Positions 27,808 to 41,289 are shown, counted from the stretch's first letter. The stretch: DNA of 64,000 nucleotides from Malacoraja senta (GCA_038087875.1 JAXLNO010000143.1:1-64000); one strand, 5' to 3'. Notes: a model not told the origin generated them from the letters alone. Program-made: numbers and translations.

Positions 27808-28884
27808 TTTAGCCCAATGGAGCATTATTTTCTTTGTTAAAAAATAAATCGTTATTGTTTTTAAAAATTGATTTATGTTTAATTACGATAACATACTTCC
27901 TCCCTTGGGTGACTTCGGCAGTGAGTGAGGCATGGATTTGTTCCACGGCATGAAATCACACATCTTTAAAATCTTCACGTAGTCACTCACGTGACTCCGA
28001 AGTAAAATAGTAAGATTAAACGAGAACTTACTAGTTTGAGGTTTGATCTTTATTTTATGAGGAGTTACGTCGAGGGATTACGTGCCCTCCATGCCCACCC
28101 TCTTATAAAGGTCAACTGGTATCCTAGTTCTTCTTATCTTACTATGTTTATTTCATTACTATTATTGTGATTCCACGCCGCTGCTTTGAACAATGTCGCG
28201 CATGCGTGCTGGCGGCGCCTTCACGTAATCCCTCGACGTAACTCCTCATAAAATAAAGATCAAACATCAAACTGGTAAGTTCTCGTTTAATCTTACTATT
28301 ATTACCTCCTTAATAATTGACTCCAGCATCTTTCCCACCACCGAAGTCAGGCTAACTGGTCTGTAATTCCAAGTTTTCTCTCTCGCTCCTTTCATGAAAA
28401 GTGGGATAACATTAGCTATCCTCCAATCCACAGGAACTGATCCTGAATCTATTGAACATTGGAAAATGATCACCAATGCGTCCACTATTTCTAGAGTCCC
28501 GCCGGAGGACCCTGGGATGCAGACCATCAGGTCCAGGGGATTTATCATCCTTCAGTCCCATTAGCCTACCCAATACTATTTCTCGCCTAATGAAAAATTC
28601 TTTCAGTTCCGCTACCCCCTTAGAGAGCTAGCTCTCTCTAGTTTCATTGCATAGGCCTTGATGAGCGACTTGAATTCTAGAAATGTAGCATTAGTGTAAA
28701 GTCAAATGCTGTTCATTTTAGGCTATTTTAGGCTATTGATTGTGACATGAAAACAGCATGAAAGAGAAAGGGGCAAGTACCTTTTGGCTTTTTTCAATCT
28801 TGCACATAACATATGGTACAAGAATATTACCAGGAATTTTCAGTGCCATGTTAAATCATGATATGTGTATTAATATCCTCAAAG

Positions 28885-29655
28885 GTACACAAAAATGCTG
28901 GAGAAACTCAGCGGGTGCAGCAGCATCTATGGAGCGAAGGAAATAGGCAACGTTTCGGGCCGAAACCCTTCTTCAGACTGATGGGGGGTGGGGAGAAGAA
29001 AGGAAAAAGGCGGAGGAGGAGCCCGAGGGCTGAGGGATGGGAGGAGGAGCCCGAGGGCTGATGAAGGGGAGGGGACAGCAAGGGCTAGCAGAATTGGGAG
29101 AATTCAATGTTCAAGCCCCCAGGATGTAGACTGCCCAAGCGGAATATGAGGTGCATTTCCTCCAATTTCCGGTGTTGCTCGCGCTGGCCATGGAGGAGAC
29201 CCAGGACAGAGAGGTCAGATACGGAATGGGAGGGGGAGTTGAAGTGCTGAGCCACCGGGAGGTCAGGTTGGTTATTGCGGACCGACCGGAGGTGTTCGGC
29301 GAAACGATCGCCAAGCCTCCGCTTGGTCTCACCGATGTAGATCAGCTGACATCTAGAGCAGCAGATACAATAGATGAGGTTGGAGGAGATGCAGGTGAAC
29401 CTCTGTTGCACCTGGAACGACTGCTTGGGTCCTTGAATGGAGTCGAGGGGGGAGGTGAAGGGACAAGTGTTGCATCTCTTGCGGTTGCAAGGGAAAGTGC
29501 CCGGGGAGGGGGTGGTACGGGAGGGAAGGGAAGAATTGACAAGGGAGTTACGGAGGGATCGGTCTTTGCGGAAGGCAGACATGGGGGGAGATGGGAAGAT
29601 GTGGCGAGTGGTGGGGTCACGTTGGAGGTGGCGAAACTGACGGAGGATTACTTGT
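28885..29655 (-). mobile_element. Penelope-like element 3' part: GIY-YIG endonuclease plus terminal repeat with a hammerhead motif
   Basis: CNRKRCNTC, NLIYCICCSRCQLIYIGETKRRLGDRFAEH, GLNIEF; CTGAAGAAGGGTTTCGGCCCGAAACGTT on the minus strand at 28949-28976. Confidence 0.9.
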
Positions 29656-30016
29656 TGGGCGAAACTGATGGAGGATTACTTGTTGGGCGAAACTGATGGA
29701 GGGTTACTTGTTGGGCAAAACTGACGGAGGATTACTTGTTGGGCGAAACTGACGGAGGATTACTTGTTGGGCGAAACTGATGGAGGATTACTTGTTGGGC
29801 GAAACTGATGGAGGATTGATTACTTGTTGGACGAAACTGATGGAGGATTGATTACTTGTTGGGTGAAACTGATGGAGGATTGATTACTTGTTGGGCGAAA
29901 CTGATGGAGGATTACTTGTTGGGTGAAACTGATGGAGGATTGATTACTTGTTGGGTGAAACTGATGGAGGATTGATTACTTGTTGGGCGAAACTGATGGA
30001 GGATTGATTACTTGTG
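29631..30016. repeat. Minisatellite of about 13 units of 28 or 32 bp
   Basis: G(C/T)GAAACTGA(C/T)GGAG(GATT)GATTACTTGTTGG in head-to-tail copies with no spacers. Confidence 0.95.
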
Positions 30017-30405
30017 TAATATCCTCAATGTTGCTTCTTACTTTATAAGGTGTACATTTACAACAATAATGCCAATCTACTCATTATCCAGCTTGACGGT
30101 AAAATAAGCTGCAGCTCTTAATTTGTAACTTTTTAAATGAAAAATGGTATAATCTAATCTTTTATTATCAATCTGAAATAGAAGTAGGAGGAAACAAAGC
30201 CTGGCAAGTTATAGGTGGATACAGGCAAGGAGGTTTTATTGGCAGATGGGCGGATAAAAAAGAGACAAGGCTGTCAGATAATGAGAGAAAATGAGTGAAA
30301 TACAATGCAGAAGGAGGGAGATAATGGGATTCACTGGAATTTAGACTGGGCTTATATTCAGTCGACCATTCTATTCCTTCCTCCAGTTCTGGGGGGGGCG
30401 GGTCC

Positions 30406-30676
30406 TGTGGCGTCAGCTAATACACGGGCCTCTTATGGTCGAACCCTCGTCAGTAGGTACGAGGGCCGGCACGTGACGTCATGGGCCAGAGGGAGTGTCC
30501 TGCTACTTAAGGTTATCTCACCTCGAGACCTTAGCAGTCAACAGGTAGCTGAGACCGAGAGAACAGCCTCACTGATAATATAGTTAGCGCACCAACCTAA
30601 CGTGTAGAACCTGAATACACGACTGTTTGAACCTGCCTGACGTCTGGCCTTATTCACCACGTTTGTTGCCGCTACA
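30406..30676 (+). mobile_element. Probable solo LTR
   Basis: TGTGGCGTCAGC...GTTGCCGCTACA gives TG..CA ends with imperfect inverted termini; no TSD seen. Confidence 0.5.
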
Positions 30677-33600
30677 GGGGTAACTTTATCACACAAAGGG
30701 TGATGGGTGTATGGAACGAGCTGCCAGAAGAGGTAGTTGAGACTGGAACTATCCCAACATTTCAGAAACAGTTAGACAGGCACATGGATAGGACTGTTTT
30801 GGAGGGATATGGACCAAACGCAGGCAGGTGGGACTAATGTAGCTGGGACATGTTGGCTGGTGTGAGCAAGTTGGGCAGAAGGGCCTGTTTCCACACTCTA
30901 TAATCTTTAGAAAATTAAATAGTTCATGTCCAGCATTCAGCTGAATCTGGACGACATTCAGCGTAGACTAAACAGTGGCAAGTAACATTCATACACAGAA
31001 GAATCAAAGATCAGCTCCAAAAATGGAGAATCGAACCGCATACAGATGATGTTCAATCGCATTAGCATTGCCAAGTCACACCAACATTCTGGGGTCGTCA
31101 CTGGCCAGAACTCAACTAGATCAAACACAATTACTGTGGCTACAAGAGCTGGTCAGGGATTGTGGTAACCCATCTACTCATGTCCCGAAGTGTTCAACCA
31201 GATGCAAGGCAGGAGCTTGATAGGATTCTATCCATTTGCATCAATTAATGCATCTCCAACAGCATTCCCATAGTTGAGATCATTATTCAAAGCAGCCCAC
31301 CTGTTTTGCATTCCACTGAAACAAGATAGATATTCTTTCCCCACACCTCCATTGTGCTAGGACTAGCTTTTATAACTCACTTGCCGGTCAAGAAGTCAAC
31401 AGGACATTATCACATGTACTACGAGGCAGGTGCTCTCTCTTTAGTGAGATGATGAAGGGAGCCAAGAGGCCATCTCCACTTAAAAACTGATCTCTGCAGC
31501 AATGATGCCTTTCGAAGTTCACTCTAGTGCACAAGTATGTAGGTAAAGTGTGGCACCCAGGGAAGACTTTGTTCTTAAAAACAAATAGCATGGAGTAATG
31601 ATTTGTAAGAACCAATAAACAATTGGGAAAATACCACAGCTGAGAAAGGTGGGTATAGGATCAGGAACATTCAGGAGTTAATATACAAAACCAAAGTATC
31701 AAATACAATGGAAGCAGAGGATCATTGGGATTATTTCTACCGCAAAAACTGAAGCCAGAGAGAGAAGAGCCATCTTGCTGGAAGTAATAGTCTGCTTTTT
31801 AACAAGAAAAAGGTTTTAAAAACAAGTGGGAAGAGTTGCAGTTTTTCAGAATTGCTGATTGTGGAGGCAGAACATAAGTGTGAAGCAGGTGTCCGACAGG
31901 CTTGTCTAGAGGGGGAGGGGGAGAAAACAAATCCTGGCAAATGATCTAAAAGCATTTATTTCAAGAGAATTAGAATATAAAATCAGGGATGTAATGCTGT
32001 GGCTTTAGAAGGCACTGGTCAGACTGCATTTGGAGTATTCTGAGCAGTTTTGGGCCTAAATCTGAGGTGGGGGCTGGCTGTGCCGACATCCAGAGGTGGT
32101 TTACGTGAATGATCCTGGGGACGATTGGGTTAACGTATGAGCGTTTGACCACTCAAGACCTGTACTCACTGGAGTTTGGAAAGACGAGAGAGGACCTCAT
32201 TGAAACTTACAGAATAATGATAGGCCTGGATAAGGTGGATGTGGAGAGGATGTTTCCACTAGTGAGATATATAAGGACATACCTATAGAAAGATAAGGAT
32301 GAATTTCTTCAGTCAGAGAGTGGTGAATCTGTGGAATTCATTGCCATAGGTGGCTGTGGAGGCCATATCATTGTGTATACTTAAAGCAGAGATTGACATG
32401 TTCTTGATTAGGAAGGGTGTCAAAGGTTATGGGAGAAAGTAGGAAAATGGGGTCGAGAAGGAAAGATAGATGAGCCATGATTAAATGGCGGAGTAGACTC
32501 AATGGGGCGAATGGTTAAATAAACTCGATTGACTTATGAACTTGTAAATGCATTTTAAATCGATTACTCAGGAAGGATACAAGTCACATTTACCACTCTG
32601 ACGGTGACACAAAAACATCTAGGCTTTGCAAGTAAGGCAATTTGTAATGGGATTATTCGTTTAATTAAAGCAAAAGTGTTTTGCATATTTCTGGCAGGAG
32701 TATTTTGTGGTATTATCAGATGCTTGTAATCATGGGAAATATGAATGCAGTTTGTCACCCATGTTTACATGCAATTCTACAGTAGTTTTTAATGTCCAAT
32801 GTTCCAATGACAGTCTAGAGTTGTCTACGACTTGTGTCTGAGTCCTGTCATTGGTTGGAATGACCAGTACCTAAAACCAAGCATTCCACATCACCTCATC
32901 AGTGGAATCAATGCTACACTGCACGGTGTGCTACCTTAGCAAAGGAGCAGGAACAGTAACCCAGCTCTCACCTCTAGAATTCCATGTAAACTAAATGGTA
33001 CAATTATATGGGGGATGTTGGGACAGAGACCGCTGCAGATGTACAAAGGCAATTTTTAACAATTGCAGAACAAGTTGATTGAGTAGTCAGTTTAAAAAAG
33101 GAACACCGAACCTTTGGAACAGAGAAGCAAAGTATAAAAGCAAGGTATGCTATGTTTTTACAAATCTCTTCTGCACAAGTCTGCCCGACTGCATTAAACA
33201 GCAAGAATCGTATCAAGATGAAAACTTTCACTTACATGAAAAATCCAAAGACAGTGGGATTGTCGTGCTTAGAGAAGATTAAAAGGAGTGTTCATAGATC
33301 AGTCAGGTACATACGGTTCTTGCCAAAGGCATAAAGGTTTCCAACCAAGGGATACTGATTTACTGAAAAAGAATCAAGGCAATACTTTTGATCTATTACG
33401 TGAAACATGTGTAAAGTATGCCTGGGAATCGCGAGACAATCCATTAATGACTTTGCTTGCCAGATTATAATTCATTCTTCATTACAGAAACTAAACAAGC
33501 ATATGGCAAATTTGTTGTGCCTCAGCATTCCGTCCCTCCCTCCTGAATATAAAATGATATTCTGTGCCATAAATACTTTTCTATACCTCAATTAGATGAT

Positions 33601-35690
33601 CTGCACAACATCCCTCTTCAAAGCTAAAAGCATAATCAATTCAGTTCCTCTAATATTTTTCTTGACATTCAATTAGACAATGACAGAGCAGTACACAGGC
33701 CGTCCTAGAGTAACAAATGCCCCACTTACGAGAAACCCATACATGCAGAAAAGCTCCAATACTAAATTCAAAAGTCCGATGTACATACATACATTCATTT
33801 CTAGGAACTAGTTTTATCTCTTTTAATAATTGTTCCTTCTTGTCAGCATTATGTGTTTTTTAATGCCATTCAATGCAAGATGGTAAACATAGTTATTTTT
33901 TGTCTATTTTCTGACATGTACAGAAAATCAACATCTGTACAAATGGAATCCATTTGTTAGTCAGGGAAGGCCTGTGCTCAGATTAATTTATGCACATTTG
34001 CTCTGAATCCCTCATTAACCCTCCCACCAAAATTCTTATCTAACATGGCAGTGAAAGTACCAACTGACCCACAGCATCCAAAAAGCCTTTTGGGGAGAGC
34101 GCTCCAGGTTTCCACTGTGTTGTGTGAATCAGACGTCTTGCCAGTTTCAAGGAATCGTAGAGTTGGTGACATAGAAGATGGTGTCCGTGCCGGCTGGAAA
34201 ATTCCAGAACTTGATCCGTAGCCTTTCAGGCAGGCGCACTGTTCATCTTCCAAAATTCCGTAGGTTGCAGAATGGTTCACATAAATTGGAAGAGAGCAAA
34301 TGACGCCTCACTATTTCTGGAGAGAGGGAGATAGAAAATGAGGAACCGCAGATCAGTTAGGCTGGCATCAGCATTAGGGAAATGCTAGACTGTGGACTTA
34401 AATTAAAGATATGGTAGCAGGGTACATAAAAACTAAATTATTTAGCAGATGCAGCGCACATTTACAACTAGCACACCAAAGATAAAACATACAGTAGGGC
34501 TCGAAATTAATGGTTGCCCAGTTGCCAATGGCCACCTAAAGTCCCGCCGGGCAACCTAAAAGCCGTGTCATTTTGCCCGGCTTGATACTGCAGATACTGG
34601 TTTATACCGAAGATAGACACAAAAAATGGTGTAACTCAGCGGGTCAGGCAGCATCTCTGGGGAAGAGGAATAAGTGACGTTTCGGGTCGAGACCCATCTT
34701 CAGAAGGAGAAAGAAATACATTCAATTTCCATTAGCCCTCCAGCTATTCATATTCCGGAGAACCAAAACTTGCACTCTAATAGCAATAAATCAGATGCAG
34801 CATTTTTTCCAGTGTTATTATTGCGCCCATTGGTTCAACTAGGGAATCTGTGGCCGAATAATGGTGCTCGCAAGCGTTGCCTGCAGCCGGTCGACATCGC
34901 AGAACTGCAGCCAACACTGTGGGATCCCGTCCCACGCACTGCACTGACGCAAGCCACTGTGATTTTTTAATATGCAAGCGAGCTACGGTGACGACCTGGC
35001 TGTTTTTTGTTTGTTTCAAATGCAGAAGCGAACGGAGATAGTTAGAAATAAAATATATAAACTGTTAGGTGTAGGAAGGAACTGCAGATGCTGGTTTAAA
35101 CAGAAGATAGGCACAAAATGCTGGAGTAAATCAGCGGGACAGGCAGCATCTCTGAAGAGAAGAAATTGGTCCTCCATCCTATTCTCCGACTAGTTTTACT
35201 GTCCTCCTGATTAATTTTAATGTTTGCATGCCTCGTTGTCACCTTCCCCATAGCCAACAATGAACACAAAACGCTGGAGTTACTCAGCGGGACAGGCAGC
35301 AGCTTTGGAGGGTCTGAAGAAAGGTCTCGAACTGAAACGTCATTCATTCCTCTCCTATCTATCTAGGGTTGGGGTAGTGTGTAGGAAGGAACTGCGGATG
35401 CTGCTTTAAACCGAAGATAGACACCAAATGCTGGAAAACTCAGCAGGACAGGCAGTATCTCCGGAGGGAAGGAACGGGTGACGTTTCGGGTCGAGATTCT
35501 TCTTCAGACTGAGAGTCAGGGGAAAGGGAGAGAGATATGGAATGTTAAGATGTGAGAACACAGACCAAAGGGGACTTGGCAGTGGAGAGTGGACGATGCA
35601 AGGGTTACTTGAAGGTAGATAAATCAATGTTCATTCTTTAGTTTAGTGTTTAGTTTAGAAATACAGCGCGGAAACAGGCCCTTCGGCCCA
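30677..35690. repeat. Left arm of a large inverted duplication
   Basis: Reverse complement of 36013-40713, including unique AT-rich sequence; has an arm-specific segment at 31372-32440. Confidence 0.95.
31930..32545 (+). mobile_element. Old CR1 3' fragment
   Basis: Degenerate ALVRLHLEYSEQFW and a CR1 3' UTR. Confidence 0.7.
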
Positions 35691-35699
35691 CTAAATCCA

Positions 35700-36010
35700 C
35701 CTCCACCTCCACCTCCACCTTCCCGCCCGCGCTCCGTCCTCGACCGTCGTCATGGCCGCATCGACAAGATGGCGGCGCGTCGCGTCACGTGGCGGCCGCA
35801 TTAATGACGGAGGCGGGACGTCAGGTGACCCTCAGGCGCGAATGGGGATCAGTGCGGGATGGAGAGGAGGAGGGATCCCAGGATAAGGGGGGCGGACAAG
35901 AGAGAGAGAGGGGGGAAGGGAAGGGACAGAGGAGGTGGGGAGGAAGGTCAGCGCCGGCATCATCGCCCCGCTGCCTTGGCCGTCCCTGTCCACCGCCAAG
36001 TTCCGCAGCC
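35700..36010. promoter_or_regulatory. CpG-rich promoter-like spacer of the palindrome
   Basis: Dense CpG, YY1-type AAGATGGCGGC (about 35766), E-box GTCACGTG (about 35783), CRE-like GACGTCA (about 35817) and a GC box. Confidence 0.55.
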
Positions 36011-36012
36011 GC

Positions 36013-39000
36013 TGGGCCGAAGGGCCTGTTTCCGCGCTGTATCTCTAAACTAAACACTAAACTAAAGAATGAACATTGATTTATCTACCTTCAAGTAACC
36101 CTTGCATCGTCTCTCTCTCCGTCCACTCTCCACTGCCAAAGTGAAGCCCAAGGTAAATTGGAGGAACAGCAGATCATATTTCGCTTGGGCAGCTTACAGC
36201 CCAGTGGTATGAATGAAGAAGGATCTTGACCCGAAATGTCCACTATTCCTTTTCTCCAGAGATGCTGCTGAACCCGCTGAGTTACTCCAGCTTTTTGTAT
36301 CTATTCAGCGGTATGAATATTGATTTATTTAACTTCAAGTAAGCATTGTTTCCCCCCTCGCTCCGCCCCACCCCTCCTAGTTCTCCGATTAGTTTCACTG
36401 ATTAAACCATTTTACTGATTGTTTGCCTCGTTGTCAGCTTCCCCTCCGCTAACAATGAACCTTCCTTGACCATAGTCCCCTTTGGTCTGTGTTCTCACAT
36501 CTTAACATTCCATATCACTGTCTCCCTTTCCCCTGACTCTCAGTCTGAAGAAGAATCTCGACCCAAAACGTCACCCGTTCCTTCCCTCCGGAGATACTGG
36601 CTGTCCTGCTGAGTTTTCCAGCATTTGGTGTCTATCTTTGGTTTAAAGCAGCATCCGCAGTTCCTTCCTGCACACTACCCCCAACCTAGATAGATAGGAG
36701 AGGAATGAATGATGTTTCAGTTCGCGACCTTTCTTCAGACCCTCCAAAGATGCTGCCTGTCTCGCTGAGTAACTCCAGCGTTTTGTGTTCATTGTTTGCT
36801 GAGGGGAAGACGACAACGAGGTATGCAAACATTAAAATTAATCAGGAGGACAGTAAAACTAGTCGGAGAATAGGATGGAGGACCAATTCCTTCTCTTCAG
36901 AGATGCTGCCTGTCCCGCTGAGTTACTCCAGCATTTTGTGTCTACCTTCGCTGCCAACAATGGACCATGTATGTAGGAAGGAACTGCAGATGCTGGTTTA
37001 CACTGAAGATAGACACAAAATGCTGGAGTAACTCAGTGGCACAGATAGCATCTCTGGAGAAGAAGGATCTCGACCAGAAATGTCAACATTCCTTCTCTCA
37101 CCTTTCCTTGATCATCGTTACTTTGTTGTATAACTTTCATTCATTTGTTCTATATTTCTCTATCACCATCTATAGATAATTTCCCTTTCCCCTGACTCTC
37201 AGTCTGAAAAAGGGTCTCGATCCGAAACGTCACTTATTGCTTTTCTCCAGAAATGTTGCCTGACTGGCTGAGTTCTCCAGCTTATTGTGTCTATCTTTGG
37301 TATAAACCAGCATCTGTAGTTCCTTTTTCCAGAGATGCTGCCTGACTTGCTGAGTTACTCCAGCTTTTTGTGCCTATCTTCTGTTTAAACCAGCATCTGC
37401 AGTTCCTTCCTATACCTAACCATTTATTTATTTTATTTCTAACTATCTCCGTTCGCTTCTGCATTTGAAACAAACAAAAACAGCCAGGTCGTCACCGTAG
37501 CTCGCTTGCATATTAAAAAATCACAGTGGCTTGCGTCAGTGCAGTGTGTGGGACGGGATCCCACAGTGTTGGCTGCAGTTCTGCGATGTCGACCGGCTGC
37601 AGGGAACGCTTGCAAGCACCATTATTCGGCCACAGATTCCCTATTTGAACCAATGGGCGCAATAATAACACTGGAAAAAATACTGCATCAGATTTACTGC
37701 TATCAGAGTGCAAGTTTTGGTTCTCCGAAATATGAATAGCTGGAGGGCTAATGGAAATTTAATGTATTTCTTTCTCCTTCTGAAGAAGGGTCTCGACCCG
37801 AAACGTCACTTATTCCTCTTCTCCAGAGATGCTGCCTGACCCGCTGAGTTACACCATTTTTTGTGTCTATCTTCGGTATAAACCAGTATCTGCAGTATCA
37901 AGCCGGGCAAAATGACACGGCTTTTAGGTTGCCCGGCGGGACTTTAGGTGGCCATTGACAACTGGGCAACCGTTAATTTCGAGCCCTGCTTTCTTTGGTG
38001 TGCTAGTTGTAAATGTGCGCTGCATCTGCTAAATGATTTAGTTTTTATGTACCCTGCTACCATATCTTTAAGTTAAGTCCACAGTCTACCATTTCCCTAA
38101 TGCTGATGCCAGCCTAACTGATCTGCAGTACCTCATTTTCTATCTCCCTCTCTCCAGAAATAGTGAGGCGTCATTTGCTCTCTTCCAATTTATGTGAACC
38201 ATTCTGCAACCTACGGAATTTTGGAAGATGAACAGTGCGCCTGCCTGAAAGGCTACGGATCAAGTTCTGCAATTTTCCAGCCGGCACGGACACCATCTTC
38301 TATGTCACCAACTCTACGATTCCTTGAAACTGGCAAGACGTCTAATTCACACAACACAGTGGAAACCTGGAGCGCTCTCCCCAAAAGGCTTTTTGGATGC
38401 TGTGGGTCAGTTGGTACTTTCACTGCCATGTTAGATAAGAATTTTGGTGGGAGGGTTAATTAGGGATTCAGAGCAAATGTGCATAAATTAATCTGAGCAC
38501 AGGCCTTCCCTGACTAACAAATGGATTCCATTTGTACAGATGTTGATTTTCTGTACATGTCAGAAAATAGACAAAAATCACTCTATGTTTGCCATTTTGT
38601 AATGAATGGCATTATAAAACATATAATGCTGACAAGAAGGAACAATTGTTAAAAGAGACAAAACTAGTTTGAATGTTCCTAGAAATGAACGTATGTATGT
38701 ACATCGGACTTTTGAATTTAGTATTGGAGCTTTTCTGCATGTATGGGTTTCTCGTAAGTGGGACATTTGTTACTCTAGGACGGCCTGTGTACTGCTCTGT
38801 CATTGTCTAATTGAATGTCAAGAAAAATATTAGAGGAACTGAATTGATTATGCTTTTGGCTTTGAAGAGGGATGTTGTGCAGATCATCTAATTGAGGTAT
38901 AGAAAAGTATTTATGGCACAGAATATAATTTTATATTCAGGAGGGAGGGACGGATTTGCCATATGCTTGTTTAGTTTCTGTAATGAAGAATGAATTATAA

Positions 39001-40713
39001 TCTGGCAAGCAAAGTCATTAATGGATTGTCTCGCAATTCCCAGGCATACTTTACACATGCCTGGCTATTTCACGTAATAGATCAAAAGTATCGCCTTGAT
39101 TCTTTTTCAGTAAATCAGTATCCCTTGGTTGGAAACCTTTATGCCTTTGACAAGAACCGTATGTACCTGACTGATCAATGAACACTCCTTTTAACCTTCT
39201 CTAAGCACGACAATCCCACTTTCTTTGGAATTTTCATGTAAGTGAAACCTTTCATCTTGATACCATTCTTGCTGTTTAATGCAGACTTGTGCAGAAGAGA
39301 TTTGTAAAAACGTAGCATACCTTGCTTTTATACTTTGCTTCTCTGTTCCAAAGGTTCGGTGTTCCTTTTTTAAACTGACTACTCAACCAACTTGTTCTGC
39401 AATTGTTAAAAATTGCCTTTGCACTCTGTCCCAACATCCCCCATATAATTGTACCATTTAGTTTACATGGAATTCTAGAGGTGAGAGCTGGGTTACTGTT
39501 CCTGCTCCGTTGCTAAGGTAGCACACCGTGCAGTGTAGCATTGATTCCACTGATGAGGTGATGTGGAATGCTTGGTTTTAGGTACTGGTCATTCCAACCA
39601 ATGACAGGACTCAGACACAAGTCGTAGACAACTCTAGACTGTCATTGGAACATTGGACATTAAAAACTACTGTAGAATTGCATGCAAACATGGGTGACAA
39701 ACTGCATTAATATTTCCCATGATTACAAGCATCTGATAATACCACAAAATACTCCTGCCAGAAGTATGCAAAACACTTTTGCTTTAATTAAACGAATAAT
39801 CCCATTACAAATTGCCTTACTTGCAAAGCCTAGATGTTTTTGTGTCACCGTCAGAGTGGTAAATGTGACTTGTATCCTTCCTGAGTAATCGATTTAAAAT
39901 GCATTTACAAGTTCATAAGTCAATCGAGTTTATTTAACCATTCGCCCCATTGAGTCTACTCCGCCATTTAATCATGGCTCATCTATCTTTCCTTCTCGAC
40001 CCCATTTTCCTAAAAGCTAGTCCTAGCACAATGGAGGTGTGGGGAAAGAATATCTATCTTGTTTCAGTGGAATGCAAAACAGGTGGGCTGCTTTGAATAA
40101 TGATCTCAACTATGGGAATGCTGATGGAGATGCATTAATTGATGCAAATGGATAGAATCCTATAAAGCTCCTACCTTGCATCTGGTTGAAAACTTCGGGA
40201 CATGAGTAGATGGGTTACTACAATCCCTGACCAGCTCTTGTAGCCACAGTAATTGTGTGTGATCTAGTTGAGTTCTGGCCAGTGACGACCCCAGAATGTT
40301 GGTGTGACTTGGTAATGCTAATGCGATTGAACATCATCTGTATGCGGTTCGATTCTCCATTTTTGGAGCTGATCTTTGATTCTTCTATGTATGAATGTTA
40401 CTTGCCACTGTTTAGTCTACACTGAATGTCGTCGAGATTCAGCTGAATGCTGGACATGAACTATTTAATTTTCTAAAGATTATAGAGTGATACAGTGTGG
40501 AACAGGCCCTTCTGCCCAACTTGCTCACATCAGCCAACATGTCCCAGCTACATTAGTCCCACCTGCCTGCGTTTGGTCAATATCCCTCCACATCAGTCCT
40601 ATCCATGTACCTGTCTAACTGTTTCTTAAATGTTGCGATAGTTCCAGTCTCAACTATCTCTTCTGGCAGCTCGTTCCATACACCCATCGCCCTTTGTGTG
40701 ATAAAGTTACCCC
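36013..40713. repeat. Right arm of the large inverted duplication
   Basis: Mirrored ORF translations (33978-34280 minus vs 38194-38463 plus; 32564-32758 minus vs 39682-39888 plus); extra segments at about 36140-36470 and 36945-37330. Confidence 0.95.
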
Positions 40714-41289
40714 TCAGATTCCTAGGAGAGTGACACCACATTTTAGGAGGCACACACCACATTTTAGGAGGCACATACCACATTTTCTCCCTTGATAATA
40801 ATTTGACAGTAACTTGCATTTTGTGGACTATTAAATAAAGGTGGCACGTGGGTGTAGCGGTAGAGCTATTGCCTTACTGAGCCAGAGACCTGGGTTCGAT
40901 CCAGACTACGGATGCTTGTCCATACGGAGTTTGTACCTTTTCCCCATGACCTGCGTGGGTTTTCTCCTAGATCTTCGGTTTCCTCCCACACTCCAAAGAT
41001 GTACATGTTTGTAGGTTAGCTGGCTTGGTATAAATGTAAAAATTGTACCTAGTGTGTTGATGTACGGGGATTGCTGGCTTGTGTGGACTCGGTGGGGCGA
41101 AGGGCCTGTTTCTGTGCTGTATCTCTAAACTAAACTAAACTCTGCACAAGGAAGTCTATTGTGTTTGTGTGTGAAAGGTTTCAGATTTGCAGCAACTAAA
41201 TTAAAATCCTTTTTAATGTTCAAATTAATGCTGACAACACTCAACCAGATATTCTCTCTCTCTTTTGTACGCTGATTCAACAGAACAGT

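Larger units (their letters stand above)
23447..28298 (+). mobile_element. DIRS1-like tyrosine-recombinase retrotransposon, structurally complete
   Basis: Inverted terminal repeats, internal complementary region at 27987-28084, and gag, RT, RNase H, MT and YR domains in order. Confidence 0.95.
22320..28625 (-). mobile_element. CR1 LINE RT region split by the DIRS insertion (pieces 28299-28625 and 22320-23446)
   Basis: The frame ...LESIIKEVI|MGHLDSSKRIS... rejoins exactly across the insertion. Confidence 0.92.

Noticed and set aside
29631..30016. CRISPR-like array or tandem hammerheads
   Set aside because: Units are contiguous with no unique spacers and no cas genes; CTGATGGAG does not match CUGANGA and no stem II forms.
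30896..30910. CTCTATAATCTTTAG resembling a P-like TIR, mirrored at about 40473
   Set aside because: The mirror image is explained by the palindrome, the orientation faces the wrong way to bound it, and there is no TSD.
33004..34970. Short ORFs in the palindrome arms as a duplicated protein gene
   Set aside because: No recognisable domain, stops in all frames after the candidate acceptor, and stops or indels differ between arms.
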